A program made the position numbers and the translations under genes. From Candidatus Aquivivens invisus (lineage in GTDB: Bacteria > Omnitrophota > Gorgyraeia > Aquiviventales > Aquiviventaceae), in assembly GCA_001804415.1 (NCBI GenBank), contig MHGA01000017.1, positions 18,390 through 82,389 on the forward strand: DNA of 64,000 nucleotides, in the 5' to 3' direction. Shown here in pieces: positions 17,649-27,123 of the stretch; position 1 is the stretch's first letter, and every line of letters begins with the position of its first letter. The notes beneath the pieces were generated by a model. It worked only from the letters and a program-made list of their open reading frames with translations, made no database searches and was not told the origin of the DNA.

Positions 17649-18185
17649 CTAACCTCCGCCGTGCCATAGGCCTCGCCCTTCCCTGCGGGCTTGCCTGGCG
17701 AGCGCTTGAAACCGCTCGACATATTTGACGTTGGGCGGAATCGTCAACAGCTGGGCGAATCCCTCCTCGAGCAGTTTGGCGTTGATCATCTCGCCCTCGA
17801 CGTAGACGTAGGCCAGCACCCGCCCGTACCGGTCATGCCGCTGCACGTCATATTCCAGGCGCACCCGCTTTCCGTCCACCCACCGGCGATTGGCTTCGGC
17901 GGCTTCGCGCCCGAACGGCTCCGGGTCTTCCACCCACCGACCGCCCACGCGCCGCCGTGTTTCCGGCGTATCGACGCCGATGTACCGAACGAGCTCACCG
18001 GTTGCCAATGTGATGGTGTCGCCGTCGATTGCGCGGGTGACCAAGACGCCCTCGCCTGACCCCTGCTCAGCGAGACGGGCAGGAGTCGCCGGCTCTTGAG
18101 GCGTCGAACGGAGCACCGCGACGAGGAGCGTCGCCGCCGCGCAGACCCCCATGACCAGCGACCGCTTCCGAGGCCACCGAAGCAT
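17649..18185 (-). CDS. Thermonuclease (SNase) family protein
   Basis: VTRAIDGDT, VRYIGVDTPE, DRYGRVLAYV, LLEEGFA, RGLW. Alternative start 18263. Confidence 0.9.
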   Translation of the reverse strand: MLRWPRKRSLVMGVCAAATLLVAVLRSTPQEPATPARLAEQGSGEGVLVTRAIDGDTITLATGELVRYIGVDTPETRRRVGGRWVEDPEPFGREAAEANRRWVDGKRVRLEYDVQRHDRYGRVLAYVYVEGEMINAKLLEEGFAQLLTIPPNVKYVERFQALARQARREGRGLWHGGG

Positions 18186-18260
18186 GCGCGAGCCGTGCCC
18201 GCCAGAAGGCAGGCGGAGAGGAACGAGGCGACTTCTTGGTCGTGCCTTAATTTTGGATTT

Positions 18261-18331
18261 CACAGATTAACGAGGATGATTACACCGATGACGTAATCTG
18301 TGTAATCTGAGTGGTTCAAATCTGTGTAATC
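18261..18331. repeat. Nonamer-type inverted repeat element (CACAGATTA...TAATCTGTG)
   Basis: cacagatta ... gattacac ... gtaatctgt gtaatctga ... aatctgtgtaatc. Confidence 0.65.
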
Positions 18332-18346
18332 AACTTCAGACGATAC

Positions 18347-18661
18347 CTACTGCTTGAGGGGCTTGCCGACTTTGGCTTCAAGGGACTGCACTTTCGCGGT
18401 GATGCGGCCAGCACCGGGTTGGTCCTTGCGATCGTCGATCTGGATGGTCATCATGACGCGATCCGCTGTGTGGAGTGTGGCGTCGCGGCATCGTTTGGCC
18501 AAGGCCATAATCTGATCCCACTCCCCTTCCACGGTCGTCCCCATCGGACCCACCCGGTAGTCGAGCCCGCTCTGGTCAATGAGCGTGACCACCTGCGCCA
18601 GGAGGCCGCTGAGACTCGCACTGCCCGTCCCGATCGGCACCACGTCAAGTAACGCGAGCAT
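18347..18661 (-). CDS. MTH1187/YkoF-family thiamine-binding protein
   Basis: VVPIGTGS.SLS, SGLDY.VGPMGTTVEGEWD, RVMMTIQIDDR, ITAKVQSLE. Promoter TTGACG-17-TATAGT at 18710-18682. Confidence 0.88.
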   Translation of the reverse strand: MLALLDVVPIGTGSASLSGLLAQVVTLIDQSGLDYRVGPMGTTVEGEWDQIMALAKRCRDATLHTADRVMMTIQIDDRKDQPGAGRITAKVQSLEAKVGKPLKQ

Positions 18662-18708
18662 CGTTCTCACCCCCGTTGGGTACTATAGCAGCGTCGAGGA
18701 CATCCGTC

Positions 18709-18748
18709 AAAAACGAAAGCCCCGCATGCCAGACTTGCCTGCGGGGCT
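18709..18748 (-). terminator. Rho-independent terminator after the 693-aa gene
   Basis: Minus strand AGCCCCGCA-loop-TGCGGGGCT followed by TTCGTTTTT. Confidence 0.75.
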
Positions 18749-18764
18749 CTCGCATCACATCGAT

Positions 18765-20846
18765 CTACCCCCGCCGAAGACGAGTGACGACCACACCGCC
18801 CACCGGAAACAGGAACAGACCGATCGCGGTCAACGGCACCCACGGCTCGGGCAGCCGGACGAAGGTGGCGTCCAATTCCAGCGCCTCCTGCACCGTCATC
18901 AGCCGGCTGAACCGATGGACGGTACCGGCCTTCGGCAGCTGAATCTTGAGCGGCAAGATGCCGCGTTCTTGAAGCTGACCAAGCCCTTTGATCACTTGAT
19001 CGACGAGCCCGTCGTCAGAGCCCGAAGCGTCGTCACCGCTTCCGCCTGTCTGTCGATCTCGCGCAACGAGTCTCTTGACAGAGGAGCTTTCGGATCGGCC
19101 ATACGCGTCACCAGATTGCGCTTTCTCGAGGAGAACAGCCTTGTTGTTGTGCTCCAAAGCCCGGATCGTTCGAGGCAATTTCTCTTGGGTCTGTTTGTTG
19201 CCTCCCTCCTTTAACCGTTCGTCCTTGTATTCGTACCCCGCCTGGTTCGACAGAGGAGCGGACATCGCCGCCAACACAAATGGCTCCTCCACGAAGCCAC
19301 CCGCGGCGACCCCTCGATCGAGGTTGCCGCTGAACTTGAAGAACTTGACCTGCTTGGGTGCGAAGAGCGACCAGTTGGCGACGGTGGTCGGCACATCGAG
19401 CCTCGGGCCGTGGAGTCGCAACTGGCCGAGGCGCGACAGCTCCGGCCGCTGCTCAAAATAGACAAGCTCCACCGCCACCGCCCGCGCGGAGTCGCTCGTT
19501 GTGTCCAACGGAACGAGCAACACGTCCCCGTCACCCTTGACCGGCTTGACCGACCGTCCATCGACGATGCAGCTCCATAACGTCGCCCCTTCAGGCAAGG
19601 TGACGCCGAGGAACTGCTTCTTGTTGGCCTTCACGAGGTAGGTGGCACGGGTCAGGAGCTGGCCTTGTCGAGAGAGCACCGTCACCAATTCGCCGCGCTC
19701 GGCGACGGCCGCCAAGACCGCGTGATCCTCATGTCGGGTCAATGCCAACATCCCTCGGTACGGATGCTGGTGGTAGCGGAAGGCCAGGACGGCCGGGGCG
19801 GAGGTCCCAGTCCGAAGGACGTCGGGAAGCTCCCTGACGTCGACGCGGTTCATCCCCTCCGTGGTCCGTGGGGCGATCTCGATGTTGCCGGTTCTGGCGA
19901 TGGCGAGATACCCGCGTTCCTGCTTGACCCCCACTAACTCAATCTCCGGCAGGGTGTACTCGGTGGCAGCCTCCGTGATCGTCTCCTCCCCCTCGACGAT
20001 CAGCTGATACGTCGTCTCTTTCAGGGCTCCTCCGAGTGTCACCGTCAGTGTCTTGTGCCCGTCGATCTCCGTCACCTTCCAGTCCTCAATCCCTGCGCCT
20101 CGGACGTTGAGCACGTTGATGGCCGACGGCAGACGCAGACGAAACTCCTTCGTCTCCCCTTGCGCGATGCGATAGGCTGCCATCGTGGTCAGACGCGCGA
20201 GCTGTTCTTCGAGGATGACGAGGTGAGAGGTCTCCGCGTAGAGGACGGGCTCCACATGGACCGGTGCGGCGGGTCTCGTCTTCCATCGCAGATCAATCCG
20301 GTCAGCAGCCCCGACCCGAGCCACGAGCGTGACACCCTCCCGCAGACCATCCGGCTTCCGCTCCACATAGAGCTGATCCTGCGGACGCAGCTCCACATCC
20401 TTGCGCGGGACAAAGAGGGAGACGGTTGAAAACGTCGCCGTCGGAATACTGAACTGAACCCCCTCAGACTGGCTGTCCTGCGTCAGGAGGGCTGCGAACT
20501 TCACCTCCACTGTGTAGGCGCCCTTCTTCGAGGCCGCCAGGACATACGATCCGTTCCGGGCCACGACGTGCGCTTCCCCGGCTTTCGAGCGGATCTCGAT
20601 GGAGGTCACGGTGGCCCCATCGAGTTGCAGCGGAACCTCGGTCCATCCTTCGCGGATGACGCGGATGGTATAGCGCGCTTCGATACGCGCGATCTGCTCC
20701 TTGACCTCGCCGGTGTACTCCGCCGATTCAACCACCCAGGCGGGCGATCCTGGGGCGATCGAGGATTCGGTGGCGCCGAGGAGGGGGCACCATCCGAACA
20801 GTGCCATCACCACGACGTTAGTTGCCATGCGGCTTGCACGGGACAT
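18765..20846 (-). CDS. Large exported hypothetical protein (signal peptide, beta-rich repeats, C-terminal TM anchor)
   Basis: AAGGAGG SD before ATG 20846; hydrophobic N-terminus; C-terminal WVPLTAIGLFLFPVGGVVVTRLRRG. Confidence 0.8.
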   Translation of the reverse strand: MSRASRMATNVVVMALFGWCPLLGATESSIAPGSPAWVVESAEYTGEVKEQIARIEARYTIRVIREGWTEVPLQLDGATVTSIEIRSKAGEAHVVARNGSYVLAASKKGAYTVEVKFAALLTQDSQSEGVQFSIPTATFSTVSLFVPRKDVELRPQDQLYVERKPDGLREGVTLVARVGAADRIDLRWKTRPAAPVHVEPVLYAETSHLVILEEQLARLTTMAAYRIAQGETKEFRLRLPSAINVLNVRGAGIEDWKVTEIDGHKTLTVTLGGALKETTYQLIVEGEETITEAATEYTLPEIELVGVKQERGYLAIARTGNIEIAPRTTEGMNRVDVRELPDVLRTGTSAPAVLAFRYHQHPYRGMLALTRHEDHAVLAAVAERGELVTVLSRQGQLLTRATYLVKANKKQFLGVTLPEGATLWSCIVDGRSVKPVKGDGDVLLVPLDTTSDSARAVAVELVYFEQRPELSRLGQLRLHGPRLDVPTTVANWSLFAPKQVKFFKFSGNLDRGVAAGGFVEEPFVLAAMSAPLSNQAGYEYKDERLKEGGNKQTQEKLPRTIRALEHNNKAVLLEKAQSGDAYGRSESSSVKRLVARDRQTGGSGDDASGSDDGLVDQVIKGLGQLQERGILPLKIQLPKAGTVHRFSRLMTVQEALELDATFVRLPEPWVPLTAIGLFLFPVGGVVVTRLRRG

Positions 20847-20961
20847 GGGAGCCTCCTTGCATCGTTGAGTGCAGTTGTTCCAGCCTCCGCTTGAGTTCTC
20901 GGATATCCGCATCCGACAGCGGAGGGGCTACCAGCACGAGATCGATCGCCTGTTGGGGCAT
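20818..20961 (-). CDS. 47-aa small ORF heading the ECF-controlled operon
   Basis: TAAGGAGG SD, then MPQQAIDLVLVAPPLSDADIRELKRRLEQLHSTMQGGSHVPCKPHGN; overlaps the next gene's start. Confidence 0.5.
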   Translation of the reverse strand: MPQQAIDLVLVAPPLSDADIRELKRRLEQLHSTMQGGSHVPCKPHGN

Positions 20962-20984
20962 CGTCGCCTCCTTATCTACGTGAT

Positions 20985-21011
20985 GAGACACGCCGGAGGC
21001 GAAAAAGTTCC
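20985..21011 (-). promoter_or_regulatory. ECF (sigmaE-like) promoter
   Basis: GGAACT-N16-GTCTC; a matching GAAAT-N16-GTCTC lies in front of the sigma gene (22589-22564). Confidence 0.6.
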
Positions 21012-21030
21012 AGGGAAAATGCGCGGGGGC

Positions 21031-21954
21031 TTACTCGGAGGGCACGAGTTGGAGTTCGATCACGAGGAGTGACTCAACGGGCCGAGCGGCAGGGGAGACC
21101 CCAGACGTACCCGAGACGGAAGAGGTGGCGGCGAGCTCGTCGGCTTTGACGTTCGCTTCAGCTTTCTGACCGGTTTCCTGCTCAGAGGCGAGGTGTCCAT
21201 ACGTCTGAAGCGCAGCCAAGAGCGTCGGGTAGCGGGAGGCGGGAAGCCGCACGATCAGACGATCGCCGTGCGTCGTCATCGTCGCTCCTGGGATGGGGGA
21301 GAGCCATCCATGCAGTTGTACGGTCGCCTGGACCCGATCAGGGACGGCCCACCTGATCAACCGGTCATGGTCGTTCGCGCGGCCAGCTTCAGAGAAGAAA
21401 ACGTCACTGTCGCCCCCTTCACCGGGCCGTTGTCTCTCAGCAATCTTTGCAACAGGAGCTTGAGGAAGACGCGGTGCCATGGCGCTGAGGAACTCTGAGG
21501 AGCTCACTTGCTTACGGCGTTCGCCCACCGCGGATCGGTCAGCTTCCCGTGTTGACTTACGGTCCGCCACGGTCTGCTTGTTCAGTGTGCCTGCCAACCG
21601 GAGGCGCCCCGGCAGAGCGTGTTGCAGGTAGAGGGGGGTAGCGACGAGGAAAACTAAGAGGACGGTGACCGCGAGCGCCAGACTGTGTTGCAATCTCGGA
21701 AGCGGCCACCAGGCCAGCAGGGGCTTCCAGCGCGGCTTGACCGCGAGTTTCTCGTGGACACCCGCCAGCAAATCCCGAGGCGCCTCAACCGCCTTCAGGC
21801 CTTTGAACGAAGCGAGAAGCTGTTTCAAACAGTCCAGCTCGCTGCCGCAGGTGGGGCAGCGGCCCAGATGTTGCTCGAGCTCGGCGCGTCGTGCGGTCTC
21901 CAGCGCCCCATCGAGATACGGAGACAACCATTGACGATAGTCTTGACAGTCCAT
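21031..21954 (-). CDS. Anti-sigma factor with zf-HC2 domain and TM helix
   Basis: MDC...LSPYLDGAL...HLGRCPTC (HxxxCxxC); TM ALAVTVLLVFLVA; coupled to the sigma gene. Confidence 0.88.
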   Translation of the reverse strand: MDCQDYRQWLSPYLDGALETARRAELEQHLGRCPTCGSELDCLKQLLASFKGLKAVEAPRDLLAGVHEKLAVKPRWKPLLAWWPLPRLQHSLALAVTVLLVFLVATPLYLQHALPGRLRLAGTLNKQTVADRKSTREADRSAVGERRKQVSSSEFLSAMAPRLPQAPVAKIAERQRPGEGGDSDVFFSEAGRANDHDRLIRWAVPDRVQATVQLHGWLSPIPGATMTTHGDRLIVRLPASRYPTLLAALQTYGHLASEQETGQKAEANVKADELAATSSVSGTSGVSPAARPVESLLVIELQLVPSE

Positions 21955-22556
21955 CAGACTCTCCCGTCCACCAGCGCCTTCAACCGAAGCCGGGCTCGGC
22001 TCAGCCTCGATTTCACGGTCCCGAGGTTCCAGCGCAACGCCTGCGCGATCTCTTCGTACGACAGACCCTGGATATCCCGCAAGACCACGACCGAACGACT
22101 CTCGTCATCCAGCAGCTGTAAGGCCGCCATCAGCTGGTGCTGCTGCTCATGCCCCATCGCCTGCGCCGCGGGGGTTGGTGACGGATCGGCCACTTCCGGG
22201 TCCATTGGTCCCTCCTCCCCTTCGACCGGATCATCCAGCGAGGCGACGATGAGCCGATTCCTCCTGGCCCACCAGCGCCGGCGGTTGCGGCACAGATTCA
22301 TCGTAATCGCGACGAGCCATGTTGACAACTTCGCCTCGCCCCGAAACGTCCCGATCCTCCGGTAGGCCAGGACGAACACGTCTTGGGCGACGTCTTTCGC
22401 TTCGTCCCAGTGGCCGAGCATCCGCAGGGCGACCGCAAAAACCTGCTGCTGATGTGTGAGCACCAACTGATCGAAGGCCGCCGCGTCGGCCTGCCGGCAC
22501 CGCTGGACGAGATGGCGTTCCTCTTCGGTAGGATTAGACACGCGAGCGGGCTCCAT
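21954..22556 (-). CDS. ECF RNA polymerase sigma factor
   Basis: AKDVAQDVF, FRGEAKLSTWL, LRDIQGLSYEEIA, GTVKSRLSRAR. Confidence 0.95.
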   Translation of the reverse strand: MEPARVSNPTEEERHLVQRCRQADAAAFDQLVLTHQQQVFAVALRMLGHWDEAKDVAQDVFVLAYRRIGTFRGEAKLSTWLVAITMNLCRNRRRWWARRNRLIVASLDDPVEGEEGPMDPEVADPSPTPAAQAMGHEQQHQLMAALQLLDDESRSVVVLRDIQGLSYEEIAQALRWNLGTVKSRLSRARLRLKALVDGRV

Positions 22557-22582
22557 AGTTCCCGAGACGCGACACACCCGGG

Positions 22583-23680
22583 TTATTTCGAGGCTTCTGC
22601 GACTCGGATGCGCTTGCTGATCGCGGGGTGATCATAGAACATCCATTCGATCCAGCGGGGTGGGGCGGGGTCGGCGAGGTTGAGCTCGCCGAGCTTGCGC
22701 AAGGCATTCGCAAACACGATCGGAGCGCGTGTCACCGAGACGGCGAACCGATCCGCTTCCCACTCGAAGGCGCGCGAGATAGCATTCTGCAACGGCAGAC
22801 CGAGGAGGCCGATGACCGACAAGGCCAACAGGAGCGCGGGAAACCCGGCGATGTCCGACAATCCCGAGAGCTGCAGCCGGGCGACCCACCAGCGCGAGGC
22901 CCATGCGATGAGCGAGAAAGCGATCCACGAGCCCGCGGCGCTGATCAACAGCATTTTCGTGATGTGCCGCGCGCGGTGATGGCCCAGCTCGTGAGCGAGG
23001 ACGCTTTCGATTTCTTCGTGGCTGAAACGCTCAAGCAGCGTGTCGGACAAAAGCACGCGGCGCGTCCGCCCCAACCCGGCTAACGCCGCATTGGCTTTGC
23101 GGGTTTCGGCGCCGAGGCCGACACGAAACGCCCCCAGCGCCTTGACCCCGAGCCGCTCACACAACGACAGGAGCCGTTGGATGAGCAAGGCATCGGTAAG
23201 GGGTGAGGTCTTGTAAAGAAAAGGCAGCAGCATCGTGGGGAAGATCCGGGCTAGCACCACACTCACGCCCACCCAGCCGATCGTCGCCCAGATCGTCCAC
23301 GTGGTCGGCGCGAGGCGCAGGATGGCGTACCATCCCTCGAGGAGGGCTCCCCACACCACGGCGCTGACGAGGACATGTTTGCCCTCGCGACTGAACCAGC
23401 CCGCCACCGTCAACCGAGACAGCCCGAAGCGATGCTCCAGCGTGAAGCTGCCGTACCAATGCAGCGGGAAAAAGATCACATAGTTGACCAGGCCGAACAC
23501 CGCCAGGTAGGCCGCAATGCGCAGCCACTCCACTGAGGTCAGCGTGACCACAAGCCGAGCCGCGGCGTCAGAGAACCCAAGTCCCTGAAAGGCGAGCAGG
23601 AAGACGATCCAACCGAGGAGCTCAGCGAGCAAGAGTCGGTACCGAATCCTCGCGTACTGACGAGCTGCGGTGTCAGTCAT
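22583..23680 (-). CDS. M48 (Ste24-like) membrane metallopeptidase
   Basis: LEHRFGLS, KANAALAGLG.TRRVLLSDTL, HELGH, SRAFEWEAD, YDHP; several TM helices. Confidence 0.9.
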   Translation of the reverse strand: MTDTAARQYARIRYRLLLAELLGWIVFLLAFQGLGFSDAAARLVVTLTSVEWLRIAAYLAVFGLVNYVIFFPLHWYGSFTLEHRFGLSRLTVAGWFSREGKHVLVSAVVWGALLEGWYAILRLAPTTWTIWATIGWVGVSVVLARIFPTMLLPFLYKTSPLTDALLIQRLLSLCERLGVKALGAFRVGLGAETRKANAALAGLGRTRRVLLSDTLLERFSHEEIESVLAHELGHHRARHITKMLLISAAGSWIAFSLIAWASRWWVARLQLSGLSDIAGFPALLLALSVIGLLGLPLQNAISRAFEWEADRFAVSVTRAPIVFANALRKLGELNLADPAPPRWIEWMFYDHPAISKRIRVAEASK

Positions 23681-23687
23681 TTGCACT

Positions 23688-23961
23688 GTGGAGCCCCACG
23701 GGCAAGCCCGTGGCCCCCTCCACGACGCCCCGTGTGGGGCGAACATCCCGCCCACCGGTCCGCTGAAGTACAGCCGACGGGGCCCCCGGCCAAGGCCGGG
23801 GCCCGATGGCGGGGTCGAAACGCCGCCAGGCCGCGGGTGACGCGGAGCCAAGGCTCCCGCCGTCCCCACTGCTTCGTTTTGCTTCGTTTTTGCGAAGCAA
23901 AACGAAGCAAAACGGTGGGGAAGGCGCAGCGGCAGGCCCTGCGGCCCCAGGGCGTTTCGAC
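23688..23961. repeat. Composite palindromic intergenic element sharing modules with both MITEs
   Basis: REP-like hairpins (ccccacgggcaagcccgtgg; cccccggccaaggccgggg) followed by a nested hairpin bounded by gtcgaaacgcc/ggcgtttcgac. Confidence 0.7.
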
Positions 23962-23964
23962 ATT

Positions 23965-25605
23965 TCAGTCATCCACGACAGCGAGATGGCCGCCAGGCGA
24001 GGCGACCTCCCCCCCACGGCACGCGAGACTGGCGGACAGAACCTGATGGTAGTCATGGACCTGCGTGGCAATCTCCTCATCCGAGAATCGCCCGTACCGC
24101 TTCAGCAGATCGGTGAGTGTCGAAAGCCCGTCGAGTCCCTGGCAGGCACTGAAGGCGATGGCGGTCCGACGGACCAGCAGATCGCTGACCGTGCACGCCA
24201 GCTCGTCCTGGAGGGCGTAGACCAACTCCGCCTGGATGACGTCGTGGTGCGGGCAGACCGGCTGGATGAGGCGAGGCTCGAACTCCAGCAGGTGGAGGAT
24301 GCGAAAGGTGCCGGTCCCGTAGCGGATCAGCAAGCGGGCAAGGAGAGGCTCCGGAATGTCCCGTGTCACCTCCTGCCAGCGAGTGAGCACGACGGGATGG
24401 ACAGGCTCAAGCAGGCCGACCTGATGCGTGAGGCACGCCTCGGCCCGAAACCGCCAGCGGCTGAGCACCGCATCCAGCGTCTGCTTCGCCATCAAGCGGA
24501 ACGTCGTGTACTTGCCCCCCATCACGCTGACCAACCCCGCCGCATCGACTTCAAGGCGATGCTCCCGTGAGGCGCGCGTGGCGGATCCTGAAAACGCCAG
24601 GAGCGGCCTTGCGCCGGCGAACGTCGCGATGACATCGCGGGCTGTGAGCCGCGCACCGGGCACCACGCGGTTCGCCTCCGTCAACAGAGACTCGACTTCC
24701 TCCGGGGTCGCCGAGAGCGTCTCGAGATCCGGGGCGTCTGATTCGGTGGTCCCGAGCAACGTCGCCTCGGCCCAGGGCACCAGGAACATCATCCGTCGAG
24801 TGGAACGGGCCTGGACGAAGAGGGGATGGGCGCAGAGCCGAGGCACCACGACGTGAATGCCTTTCGTCGGAGCAAGCCGCGTGCCGGCGTGCGGGACGCT
24901 CAGCCTTCTCACCGCGTCAGACCACGGCCCGGTGGCGTTGACGACGACGCGGGCGCTGAGGCTGAAGCGCTCGCCGGTTGGCCGATCTTCCACGAATGCG
25001 CCGGTGAGCCTGCCCGCGGTTTTCTGAAAGGCCAGCAGCGTCACATAGTTGACGCAGACCGCTCCGAAGGCGACGGCCTGCAGGATGTTCGCCAGGCACA
25101 ACCGGGCATCATCCATCTGGCAATCGACATAGGTGCCCATGGCGCGCAACCCGTCGGGATTCAACCGTGGTTCGTACTGGACCGCCCGGCGAGGCGACAG
25201 CAGCCGATGGCGGGTCAGCCCGCCTCGCCCGGCGAGCAGGTCATAGAGCCTCAATCCGCACGCGATCTTCCACGGCGCCCGGACATCGCCTCGATAGACG
25301 GGAATGGCGAGGGTCGCCGGCCACACCAACTGAGGGGCGATGGTCCGGAGGATGCGCCGCTCCCGCAGGCTTTCAGCCACAAGCCGCAGCCGACCCTGCT
25401 CGAGATAGCGAAGGCCGCCGTGGATGAGCTTCGAGGTCTTGGAGCTAGCACCCCCGGCAAAATCTCCTCGCTCGATGAGGGCGACCCGAAGGCCCCGCAT
25501 GGCCGCATCGCGGGCGATCCCTGCCCCGACAATCCCGCCGCCGATGACCAGCAGGTCAAACGATTTGGATCTCAAGCGGGCGAGGAGTTCGCTACGTCGA
25601 TTCAT
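23965..25605 (-). CDS. glpD: FAD-dependent glycerol-3-phosphate dehydrogenase
   Basis: DLLVIGGGIVGAG, SSKTSKLIHGGLRYLE, DDARL, VNATGPWSD, GGKYTTFR. Confidence 0.95.
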   Translation of the reverse strand: MNRRSELLARLRSKSFDLLVIGGGIVGAGIARDAAMRGLRVALIERGDFAGGASSKTSKLIHGGLRYLEQGRLRLVAESLRERRILRTIAPQLVWPATLAIPVYRGDVRAPWKIACGLRLYDLLAGRGGLTRHRLLSPRRAVQYEPRLNPDGLRAMGTYVDCQMDDARLCLANILQAVAFGAVCVNYVTLLAFQKTAGRLTGAFVEDRPTGERFSLSARVVVNATGPWSDAVRRLSVPHAGTRLAPTKGIHVVVPRLCAHPLFVQARSTRRMMFLVPWAEATLLGTTESDAPDLETLSATPEEVESLLTEANRVVPGARLTARDVIATFAGARPLLAFSGSATRASREHRLEVDAAGLVSVMGGKYTTFRLMAKQTLDAVLSRWRFRAEACLTHQVGLLEPVHPVVLTRWQEVTRDIPEPLLARLLIRYGTGTFRILHLLEFEPRLIQPVCPHHDVIQAELVYALQDELACTVSDLLVRRTAIAFSACQGLDGLSTLTDLLKRYGRFSDEEIATQVHDYHQVLSASLACRGGEVASPGGHLAVVDD

Positions 25606-27086
25606 CTCGTTCTCGACCGAACCCGCTCAACGGCTTCCTTCCAACCCTGGTAGAGTCGGTGACGTTGGGTTGAGGACATCCGCGGCCGAAAGATTCGCTC
25701 GGCACGCTCCAGCACACAATCGAGTCGATCGGCCTTCCACCACCCAAGCGCCATCCCGGCTAACAAGGCTGCGCCCTTCGCGGTGTTTGCCACGAGGTGG
25801 GGCCGCGCCACCTCAATGCCCAGTAGGTCCGCTTGAAACTGCATGAGCCAATTGTTTTGCGCCGCTCCTCCATCGACCTGGAGACGTCGCAGTCGCATCC
25901 CGCTGTCCTGCTGCATTGCCTCCACCACATCGCGGGTCTGGTACGCCAGCGACTCCAGGGTCGAGCGCACGATGACCTCGCGCGTCGTGCCCCGCGTCAG
26001 GCCCACCATCGCGCCGCGCGCAAACATATCCCAGTACGGCGCCCCCAACCCCACAAACGCCGGGACGACATAGACTCCGCCCGTGTCGTGGACCTGGCGG
26101 GCCACCGCCTCAGTCTCCTGCGCCGTGTCGATCAGCTTCAGGCCGTCCCGCAACCACTGAATAGCCGCTCCGGCGATGAAGACGCTGCCTTCCAGCGCGT
26201 AGACCGGCTGTCGGTCTTCGCCGACCGCCAGGGTCGTGATCAACCCATGACGGCTCTGCACGTATCGCCGTCCGGTATTCACCAGGAGAAAGCAGCCGGT
26301 ACCGTACGTGTTTTTAGCGGTGCCGGGTTGCAGGCAGCCGTGACCCACCATCGACGCTTGCTGATCCCCGGCGAGCCCCAGAATCGGAATGCCCGCAGGC
26401 AACGGTCCAACGGCACAGCTCGTTCCGAAGAGTCCGCTGGATGATTGCACCTCGGGCAAGAGGCTGCGCGGCACGCCGAAGAGGCGCAACAACGCGGGGT
26501 CCCACGCGCGGGTGCGGATGTTGTACAACAGCGTCCGCGAGGCGTTCGTGTAGTCGGTCGCGTGGATGCTCCCGCCGGTCAGGTGCCACAACAACCAGGC
26601 ATCCACCGTGCCGAACGCGAGATGCCCCTGCCGGGCCAACCGGCGAACGCCCGCGACATGGTCCAACAGCCAGCGGATTTTCGTCCCGGAGAAATAGGCG
26701 TCGAGGACCAGGCCGGTTGTGCGGCGGATGAGGGGCTCCGCCTTGCGGCGCTTGAGCGCCTCGCACATCGGGGCGGTTCGACGGCACTGCCACACGATCG
26801 CCGGTGCGACCGCCTTGCCGGTGCGCCGATCCCAGAGGATGGTGGTCTCGCGCTGGTTGGTGATCCCGATGGCGCTCAGGCGCCGTGCGGGCAGATGCGC
26901 CCCATCCAGCGCCCGCTTGATGACCCGCAGGGTGATCGTCAGGATTTCATGCGGGTTGTGCTCAACCCATCCCGGCTTGGGGTAGTGCTGGGGAAGCTCC
27001 TCGTAGCCCCGTCCGACCACCCGTCCCCGACGATCGACGAGCAGCACGGTGGTGCCGGTGGTCCCCTGATCAATCGCGAGAATCAT
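25602..27086 (-). CDS. glpK: Glycerol kinase
   Basis: AIDQGTTG, GITNQRET, YFSGTK, AGDQQA, KNTYGTGCF, ALEGSVF. Confidence 0.97.
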   Translation of the reverse strand: MILAIDQGTTGTTVLLVDRRGRVVGRGYEELPQHYPKPGWVEHNPHEILTITLRVIKRALDGAHLPARRLSAIGITNQRETTILWDRRTGKAVAPAIVWQCRRTAPMCEALKRRKAEPLIRRTTGLVLDAYFSGTKIRWLLDHVAGVRRLARQGHLAFGTVDAWLLWHLTGGSIHATDYTNASRTLLYNIRTRAWDPALLRLFGVPRSLLPEVQSSSGLFGTSCAVGPLPAGIPILGLAGDQQASMVGHGCLQPGTAKNTYGTGCFLLVNTGRRYVQSRHGLITTLAVGEDRQPVYALEGSVFIAGAAIQWLRDGLKLIDTAQETEAVARQVHDTGGVYVVPAFVGLGAPYWDMFARGAMVGLTRGTTREVIVRSTLESLAYQTRDVVEAMQQDSGMRLRRLQVDGGAAQNNWLMQFQADLLGIEVARPHLVANTAKGAALLAGMALGWWKADRLDCVLERAERIFRPRMSSTQRHRLYQGWKEAVERVRSRTR

Positions 27087-27102
27087 CTCAGCGCCTGCGT
27101 TG

Positions 27103-27117
27103 AGTATACCGTATACT
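27103..27117. promoter_or_regulatory. Back-to-back -10 elements (bidirectional promoter) for glpK and suhB
   Basis: Palindrome AGTATAC-C-GTATACT gives TATACT on both strands within a 37-bp intergenic gap. Confidence 0.5.
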
Positions 27118-27123
27118 ATCGTG

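Noticed and set aside
23681-23869. N-terminal extension of the M48 peptidase and ORFs across 23673-24080
   Set aside because: They arise from the GC-rich palindromic element.
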